Of a stretch of DNA of 64,000 nucleotides, positions 54,675-64,000 are shown one piece after another. Under the pieces are notes generated by a model that was not told where the DNA came from, made no database searches, and saw only the letters and a list, made by a program, of their open reading frames with translations. The DNA is from Salpingoeca rosetta (Eukaryota; Protista; Choanoflagellata), in contig JAWQFM010000031.1 of assembly GCA_033442325.1 (NCBI GenBank), positions 257,745-321,744 on the forward strand, in the 5' to 3' direction. Numbering within the stretch: position 1 is the first letter of the stretch; each line of letters begins with the position of its first letter. The translations under genes and the position numbers were made by a program.

Positions 54675-55236
54675 CTACACGATGCTGGTTACTGTGGGGG
54701 TGTCGTGAATGGCGATGGAGTGGTGCCGCTTTGCTGCGTTGACCAGGGCGGCGTGGCTGTCGGCCTCCACACTCGCCACCAGCCGCGACAAGTGGCTGTT
54801 GCTTCTCTGCAGCAGCGCATACGGCTGGTCATACTCCACCAACCTGGGGCGAGAGGGGGGGGGGGATGTGAAAGTAGATGAAGGGAAGCGGGGGTGAGTT
54901 TTATGTGTGTGAGTGTGTGTGTGTGTGTGTGCGTGTGTGTATCAACGTGTGTGAGTATAAACTTAGGTCTTCGCGCTTGATTGTGTGCACATGCGTGTGT
55001 CTTGCAACGGCTTGTTGTCAACAGCAGGGCAGCGCCAAGCAAGCACCCTGATGCCCTCACCTTCCTGCGTCCATGACGGCAATCATGTCGGAATCCATAA
55101 TGGTGTGCAGGCGATGTGCAATTGTCAGCACCTGGCGAGAGCAAGGCAGGGGCGTGGGAATTTGAGCTGAGCTGTTGCACGTTGCTAGCGTGATGAAGAA
55201 AGCAAGGTCACGCACACAGAAGCAAGCCACCAATCC

Positions 55237-55306
<70 letters not shown>

Positions 55307-55522
55307 ACGCACAACACTGACGGTGCAATCCTTGAATTCGCGGCGGGAGTGTGTTGGATCAGGCGATCGGGCGGATCCTCCACGTGGGGCCGCGCCTCAT
55401 CAATCACAAGAATCTTGGTCCGCCTTGGTGGTGGTGGTGGTGGAAGGAGGAGAAGATTGCCAAGTGAGTTGGCCTGTGGATTGCGGGACTGAACGTGAAC
55501 CCTTCTTGATACTTCGGTGCAC

Positions 55523-55555
<33 letters not shown>

Positions 55556-55979
55556 GTGCACGTGTCGTGCGACTGACTGAGGAGAGCGCGCGCGAGACAG
55601 ATGAGCTGCTTCTGGCCGACGCTAAAGTTGGAGCCTTGCTCCTGTGTACGCGTGTGTATGTTGTTAAGAGTGCAAGCGATGGCGGGTGAGACGCCACAAC
55701 AAGGCAACAGATCACGGCGGTAGATATGTCAACGGCACGTGCACATCTGTATATCCACACCGCCCCATGACCACACCACCGTGCACCGCTGGGAGCTGAG
55801 CGGCTGACCTGCACGTGTCCCTCCAGACCGCCATCCATCTGCTGCACTTTTTCCTTCAATTGCACCTGTTGTGACAAACAATTCGTGATGGAGAAGAGAA
55901 AAGACGTGTCATAGGGTCATGGCATGAGTGATGGCAGCATGACCTTTGTGGCGTCATGCCACCTACCCAAACACATAAA

Positions 55980-56072
<93 letters not shown>

Positions 56073-56300
56073 GCAAGAAAGCTGGTGTGCTGTTAACTGA
56101 CTGTCTCAAGCGCTGCCCAGAGGTCGGCGTCGCTGTACTGCTCAAAGGGATCCAGGTTGTACCGCACCGTCCCGCTGAACAGCGTTGGATCCTGACACAC
56201 AAGCAATACAGATTGGTGGCGGCAACGGTGATGGGGTTATGCCGTGGTGTGACACTCCGCGCAAGCGACGTAATACACATGCTTGCACACACACATACAC

Positions 56301-56365
<65 letters not shown>

Positions 56366-57287
56366 CACACACACGCACACACACACACAACACACGTATG
56401 CACGCACACACACACACACACACACANNNNNNNNNNNNNNNNNNNNNNNNNNNNNNNNNNNNNNNNNNNNNNNNNNNNNNNNNNNNNNNNNNNNNNNNNN
56501 NNNNNNNNNNNNNNNNNNNNNNNNNNAATCGTGCCTGCAATGGTGATTTGGCCATAGCCAGCAGGCACACACATACACACACACATGGGGAAGAAGCAGT
56601 GACTGTAAGGCCTCTTGACAAAACCACGAACACACGAGCAAACATTCACACGATCACACGCCACCCTAACACTACATGTCACTCCCAACCTTCGACGATG
56701 CTGAGGCGGAAGAGGGCTGCCAGGATGCTGCTCTTGCCAGCGCCAGTCCGCCCAACAATGCCAACCTGCAACGCGCGCAAACATCAGCAGCAGCAGAGTG
56801 AAAAAAGAGCGAAGAGCACATTGGGCGGGGTGAGATGAGACGTGTGCACGATGGAACGCTTGGGTGGGGTGTTCTCACACAGTTAATCGCGCTTGTGCAT
56901 GTACATTCACACAACCATACACACACACACACGCACACACACACGCATGCATGCACACACACACGCACAACCACACACACACACACGCATTCAGTACACC
57001 TTGGCGCCTGGGGCAATGCTGAGCGTGACGTCCTTCAATGCGTACGGAAGATTCTTGTCGTACTTGAGACTCATGTGCTGGTAGTGTTGTGTGAGCATGT
57101 GAAACTTACAGGGTGAGTTTTGGGGTAGGGTGTTGCGTTCTCAAAGCACATGTGCACATCACATGCAGTGAAACACCGTATGCACAAGAGAACTACATGC
57201 TGCATCTGCCATGCCACATGAAACAAGGAATCAACTCACATTCACTCGTGCATCCACACACATTCTTCGAAGCTTGTACTGTCTCAC

Positions 57288-57354
<67 letters not shown>

Positions 57355-57675
57355 CTCACTCACACTATCTCACTCTGAGTCTTTCCCTCACGCGTCTTCT
57401 CATTCAGAGAAGTGCAACTCACAAGAAACGAGAGCCCACCGCCCTCTGGCCACGACGGCGGCAACATCTTATTTGCCATCCGCGCCGCCACCGACTCGTC
57501 GATGTCGAAATCTGGCTGTTGCTCAACACGCACGTGCGTGTATTCGATAATCCGCTCCACGCTCGTCATTTCGTTCTCCACGGCTGCAGACTCCAGCGTC
57601 GCCCTGTTGGTGATTGTGTGTGTGTGTGTGCGCGGAAGAAAGAACAGCTTGAACAACACTCCGAAGGCGTCATGC

Positions 57676-57758
<83 letters not shown>

Positions 57759-59053
57759 TGTCGTGCCTCACATGTGCAGCACATGAAATCAGCAACACAA
57801 AGCGCTACCCACCACTGAATGACGCCGGGAAGCCGAAGTGCATACGAGATGGCAAGCGCAGCCAACCCGGCCTCCAATTCGTGTCGAATCCCAGCAGTCA
57901 CAAACACGGCGCACGTTGCAAAGGCAACGCCAAGCATGTCAAGTCTGTCAGGGGTGAAGGGATCAGGGGAGGGGGGACGGTGAGAAGGGGGGGCATCAGA
58001 GCAGGCATACGGACGCCAAACCATGGAGAGCGGATGAACAGGCATCGGCAACGCTTTATCCATGGTGTGTGTGCGTGTGTTTGGGGTAACACCAGCATGT
58101 GCGAGCTGAAGCAACTGACCTGAATGCAACCCATCGACGCAGACCAACGAACATGTAGACCGCACGGCTGTGCTCATCTTGGTAGTAGCGGAACGTCTGC
58201 AGTGCTAGATCATACGCGTCAAACACGCGAATCGTCGCAAGCCCAGTCAGGCTTTCGCTATGTGTTGTGTGTTGGGGGGGGGGGGGGAGGAAGATGGGGG
58301 TGGGGGATGACGTGTAAGGATGCAGCTGTCTGTAACAGGCACACGAACGCCTGCACATCAAATCAACCAACTTCTACAAGCAATTGCGAACGAACATGCA
58401 GGTACACAACTGCACGCACACAAATGCACACACACACACACACAACCACTCACGCACGTACACACACACACACACACGCACACACACACACACATGCAAC
58501 CACAGGCAGAGCTCACTTGAAGTGGGTGTAGATTGGCGATCTGGACACGGATTCCAGGCGTTGGACTTCGCGTGCACTCCAGAGATAGCGGCGGCGAAGC
58601 AGATAGAAGAGGATGAAGAGTGGCACCACAATTACGAGCAGCCATGGCAGAATGCCAGCAGCTGGTGACCGTGGTTTGGCGTTGTTGCATTTGTGTGTAG
58701 GTGTGGTCAGGGCGAATGTATGTCACAGCACTGATGTCGGCGTGGTGGCGTGCAGGTCTGGCACGATGGAGGCGTGTGTTGTCAGGGATGCATGCAAGCG
58801 TGCCTGCAGGCAAGCAAAAGCAGCGTACCAAGAAAGATAATGACGAGCGTGGCGGAAGCAACGGTGACAAAGTCAGCAAATGTGAAAGCGAGCTGATCAT
58901 CCGTTCTTCCCAGGTCCTGGCAATTCATGAATTTGTGCGCGCGTGTGTGTGTGTGTGCGTGCGCAGAGCTGTAAGTCATAAACATTCGTGCAATATGAGG
59001 CATATCGAGTGGCGCGCGTATGCTGACACAAACACCCCCACGGAATAGCGTAC

Positions 59054-59103
<50 letters not shown>

Positions 59104-59126
59104 GCAAACACACACACACACGCGCG

Positions 59127-59171
<45 letters not shown>

Positions 59172-61719
59172 CAAATACACACACACACACACACACACAC
59201 AAAACAACACACACACACACGCCCTCACCGCACGCACCGCTACCAGCGCACCTTGCTGAACCGGTTGAGGATGCGACCAATGGGGTTGGTGTCGAAGAAT
59301 CGGATGGGTGCAAAGAGAATGTGCTTGAACATGTCGTCGTGTAGCCAGCAAGACGCATTGACGAACCCGTGCAGCAGAAACAGCACCGGAACAAGGCTCA
59401 CAGCGACCACCACCCCAAGCAGTATGACGTAACTGTGATGGGAAGAGCATCGTCATGAATCAACAGGGTGAGCCGCCCGAGATACGGAACGCAAAGGACA
59501 GCTATCACAGCGGGAGCAACCTTGACGTATTGTGCTGACTGCACACGCTTGTTGACATCCCTCATACACATATACAAATGCACGTACATGGTTAAGAGTC
59601 GGGTGTCGCTGGTTCCCTCGGTCTGGGCTTCATCCACCCAAAACGCGAGCACTATGTCTGCACCCACAAATAGGGACTGTGTCCCTAGCACGGTCAATGC
59701 AGTCACTGCAGATGTGCTCGTGCGTGAATATGCGAGTTCTTGGTGAGTGAGCAGTCTTGCCGACAAGATTGGGGGGGGGGCTTCAGCAACATCTGCACAC
59801 AAAGAGATAAAGCAGAATCGCAGTCCCAAACAGAGAATGTGTGTGTGTGGCGCACATCACAAAGAGGGGTACAAGCGCCGACGAAAGGTCGCACACACCG
59901 ATACACAGCCATATATGCACATGCGCACATCGCTCACCAAGCAGCATAATCTTTGGGCCGGTGTGCAGGATGTACTCCTTGTAAACGGCGAGAGTCACAT
60001 CGCCTGCCTGTCGACTCTCATCACCAGCGAGGGTCTGCCGCCGGGCATACCTCGAAGCTACCATGGACTTGTCAACAAGCGCAGTCGTTGACGTTGACAC
60101 GGGGTCGCAATCTTGGTGATGTGTTGGGTCATCGCTCACCACAGAGTTGCTGCTGTCACTTGTGCGTTTTGTTGCGTGTTGAAACTGGTCATAATGATCA
60201 CGATGAGCCCCATTGCCGCTGTTGTCATTGGTGTAGTTGTCGTTGTTGCCACTGTTGTCGTTATCGTTGTTGTCATTGTTCCTGGTGGTACTGCTGTCGC
60301 TGTCTTCATGTTGCGCACGTGTATCACGAGCGAATGTTTCCTGCGGCAGTGCATACCGGGAGTTGTGCTTATCGCTGTCCGCTGCATCAGCATCGAAAAA
60401 GCCCTACGCATGTGACAGGTGACATGGACAGGCGTGAAGGAAAAAAGGTGGTTCCTGGGGGCGTGTGTACGTGTTTGTGTTTGTGTTGGTGCAGTGCAGC
60501 AACGTGACATGACACTGCCACACGAACCTGCAGGGCAGACGGGTGCTTGGCGGCAATCTCCTTGTATGGGCCTTGGGGAGGTAAAGCGATTGGGCGAGTG
60601 AGTGTGAGTGGGTGAGTGAGTGTGTGTGTGTGTGTATGTGTGTGTGTGTGTATGTGTGTGTGTGTGAGTGAATGGTAGGGAGGACGGGGTTGAGATCGTT
60701 GTGGAAACAACGAACGGGAAGATGGGAAATACCGATCGCAGCTGAGTGTTCGTTGACAAGCAGCACACACACAACACACACCTTGCGCGGCGACGCGTCC
60801 GTTTGCGTCGAGGACGACGACGAGGTCCGCCTTGGCGAGGTGGTGCACCTGATGCGTCGCCAGCACGCGCGTCTTGCCTGCAAGCAACCCGCAGATGCAC
60901 TCCTCAAACAGCACCCGCCCGACCTGCAACGTGGGTTTGTGTTGTGTTTGCATGTGTGTGCATGTGCGTGTGTGCATGTGTGTGAGCGAGTGCGCGTGTG
61001 CATGTGTGTGCGTGTGAGTGAGCGTGTGTGTGTGAGTGTGAAAGAGGCAAACAGTCAATCATCCAATGTCAACTGTCTGTTTCTGTTTTCTATTTACCAG
61101 CACCCCAACCAAGACCCCAACCAACACCCCTCCCTCCTCATCCCTCATTCCCCCATCCTCTCCCTTCCACCACTCCGCACCTTCGCGTCGACGGCGCTGA
61201 GCGGGTCGTCGAGCAAGTACACGTCTGCCTGGCGGTACACGGCGCGGGCAAGCGAGACGCGGGCCTTCTGCCCGCCAGAGAGCGTGACACCGCGCTCCCC
61301 AATGAGCGCCTGTTCCCCGCCGGGCAGCAGCTGCAGGTCGCGTTCTAGCGCACACGCGCGAATGACGGCTGCGCGGCGGGCCGGGTCGTCGGCGGCGCCA
61401 AAGAGGATGTTCTCACGCACGGTGGTGGCCAGGATCCAGGGCTCCTGCGACGCATAGCTCACGCGCCCGCGCACACCGGCACTGCCTTTGCTCGGCAGCA
61501 GCTCCCTGGGGGTGGTGTGGTGGGGAAGTGGTAGTTGGTGTGGTGGGGGGTGTTGGGGAAGATGGGTGGGAGGATAGCGAGGTAAGGAGGTGTGTGGTGG
61601 GAGCGAATTGAGGGGAGGTCAGAAGGTGTGTGGAGTGGTGCGCAGTGGTGCGCAGTGGTGTAACACACTCACACACACACACACACTCACGCACACACTC
61701 ACGAACGTACACTCACACT

Positions 61720-61804
<85 letters not shown>

Positions 61805-62633
61805 GCAATCACGTCTCACCTGAGCATGCCCATGAGGAGGGTGGTCTTGCCTGAACCAACGGGACCAACAACACCAACCAGCATCCCAGGCTTGATGTCC
61901 AGTGTCACATCTGTCAGCGTGTTGTTGCCTGCAGGCACGGGCTTGTCTCCATTCATCGCCTGCTTCTTCTTGTTGTTGTTGCTGTTCTTCTTCTTCTGTT
62001 GCTCGTCTTGCTGTGCATGCAACACATCCACCTTGCCGTTGCTGCTGTTGCCTCCAGTACCCGTCCCCTTCTCGTCGTCATCATCATCACCATCATCACG
62101 ACTGCCGCCCATGTTGCCGTCGTTCCAGGAGAATGTTGCGTGCTGGAGGCGGATGGATCCGACTGGCAGCGCGGCAGTGGACGCGTCGTCCGGTGGCACG
62201 TGCTCCGGCAGCCGCAGAAACCGCTCAATCCGCGCACACGACACGCGCATCTCGCTGAAGTACTGGATGCCGATTGGAAACTGATACATGGCCATGAGAC
62301 GGACGATGTTCAGCAGGGCCAGGCTGGTGAACACGGTGTAGGCTGTGAGCTCGTGACCAGTCAGTGCGTACGGCACAAATGTGAGGCACGTCATGACTGG
62401 GGTGCCGAGGTACACGAGCGTGATGTTGATGCCTCGCAGTGTCTGCGTCTTTCGCACAGACACCAGCTCTTTCTTTCGGATGGCCGCGATGAGGCGGGCA
62501 AACGGCTTCTCCCACACGTACATCTTGATCACGCGCATCCCGCCCAGAATCTGTTGCGTGGTCGTTGAGAGGAGGAGCAAGGGGAGAGGGGGGGTAATGT
62601 AATGTAGTGTTGAGCGAGTGAGTGAGTGAGTGA

Positions 62634-62670
<37 letters not shown>

Positions 62671-63129
62671 AGCGAGTGAGTGAGTTTGTATGTTGTGACG
62701 GTCAATCCTCCAAGGTGTCACTACGTGCTTCCCAATTCAACCTGGTTCATGATGCTGACGCGGTGGTCGCGGTGTTGGGCGGTGGCGATGCGGTACTGAG
62801 CAAAGAGCTTTGCGGAGATGCCCTGCACGGGAAACATCAGGACAGGGATGCACAGCCCAAGCAAGCAGAACGGCCCGACTGCGCGTGCATGCAGATAAGG
62901 GAACAGTCGACGGTGAGAAGAGTGTGCACGTGTAATGTGGGGGGGGGGGGTGAGGTGCGCGAGAATGGTGTGCACACAAATTGGGACGTACTAATGTGCC
63001 AGAGATAGATGGCTGCCACGATGGTTTGAAGCGGTGCGATCCAGATGTAGTTGATGGCCACAGGGGCAACGTATAGTCTAGGGGGAGAAGGTGTGTGTGT
63101 GTGTTGTGTTGTGTGCGTGTTGTGTTGTG

Positions 63130-63172
<43 letters not shown>

Positions 63173-63174
63173 CG

Positions 63175-63263
<89 letters not shown>

Positions 63264-64000
63264 TGCTGCCGAGTATATGTATTGACTTCAAGCGTGCATG
63301 TGTGAGCTCGCCCCCACCCTCGTCCATGTTGTCGTGGTCACAGCCCAAAAGTGTTCGATCATGTCACATCACATCACCACGAAAACTCAATGGCACCTTT
63401 CCACGTCGTTGCTGATGATATTAGTGATTTTGCCCACGGTTGTGTCCATCATGTCCTGAGCGTCATGGTGAAGAAGAGGGGCGACGAGGTGTTATCAGCA
63501 CAGTGCTAAAGATGGTGATGCACGCAAAGGAGGTGGACATGCATGCAGGCACGCGAATTACCGCACATACACACACATACGCACACACGCAAACACGAAC
63601 AAAGTTGCTCGGAGACATGCACGCACACACACACACACACACACTCGTTTGCTCGGAGACATGCACGCACTTTGTGGTGCAGCCGAAAAGCCTTTCGGAA
63701 CACAAGGTCGATGGTGCCTGCACGCAAGCTATTGCCAACGCGCCTTGCCAAGAAGATGGCGAGATGGTTCAATGACCCTTGCCTGGTATGGTGTGGTGTG
63801 ATATGGGTGTGTGTGTGTGCTGTGTGTGAATAGCTGCGAGATGGAAGAACACAGTGTGCATTGCATGTCTAATGTGTGCGCAGCAATAGGAGTACCGACA
63901 TTTAAACCACACACACAGGCACACATACACTCACTCACTCACACACACACTCACTCGCTCGCTCACTCACACACTCACTCACTCGCTCGCTCACTCACAC
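54675..64000 (-). CDS. ABCC/MRP4-like ABC transporter, paralog B (5' end beyond window; apparent frameshifts at ~55345 and ~55580)
   Basis: [31 protein letters not shown], Walker [12 protein letters not shown] (exon ~61820-62550), NBD1 identical to paralog [37 protein letters not shown]2 nearly identical to A. Stop at 54675-54677. Confidence 0.9.

Overview
Intron-rich, GC-rich eukaryotic DNA with (GT)n/(CA)n and (CAA)n microsatellites and six N-gaps. Style and gene content are most consistent with a choanoflagellate such as Salpingoeca rosetta (inference, not verified). Ten spliced genes can be reconstructed by eye, in order: 3' end of mitochondrial ribosome recycling factor (+), class I cyclic-nucleotide phosphodiesterase (+), HUS1 (-), MscS-like channel (+), LRR-TM-TKL receptor kinase (-), a ~23-repeat Cys-rich protein with signal peptide and C-terminal HVEL (+), ABCC/MRP4-like transporter A (+), two tandem macro-PARP paralogs (+), and ABCC transporter B (-, runs off the window). 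The standout is the 31-64 kb block. Both PARPs carry exon-encoded Nab2/ZC3H14-type CCCH zinc fingers, KH-like repeats, a hydrolase-type macrodomain, WWE and a mono-ART-type catalytic domain, combining ZAP/PARP12-like and PARP14-like architectures. They sit between two inverted ABCC paralogs. Both paralog pairs show near-identical conserved modules and divergent specificity modules, suggesting gene conversion plus diversification at a possible innate-immunity or defence locus.
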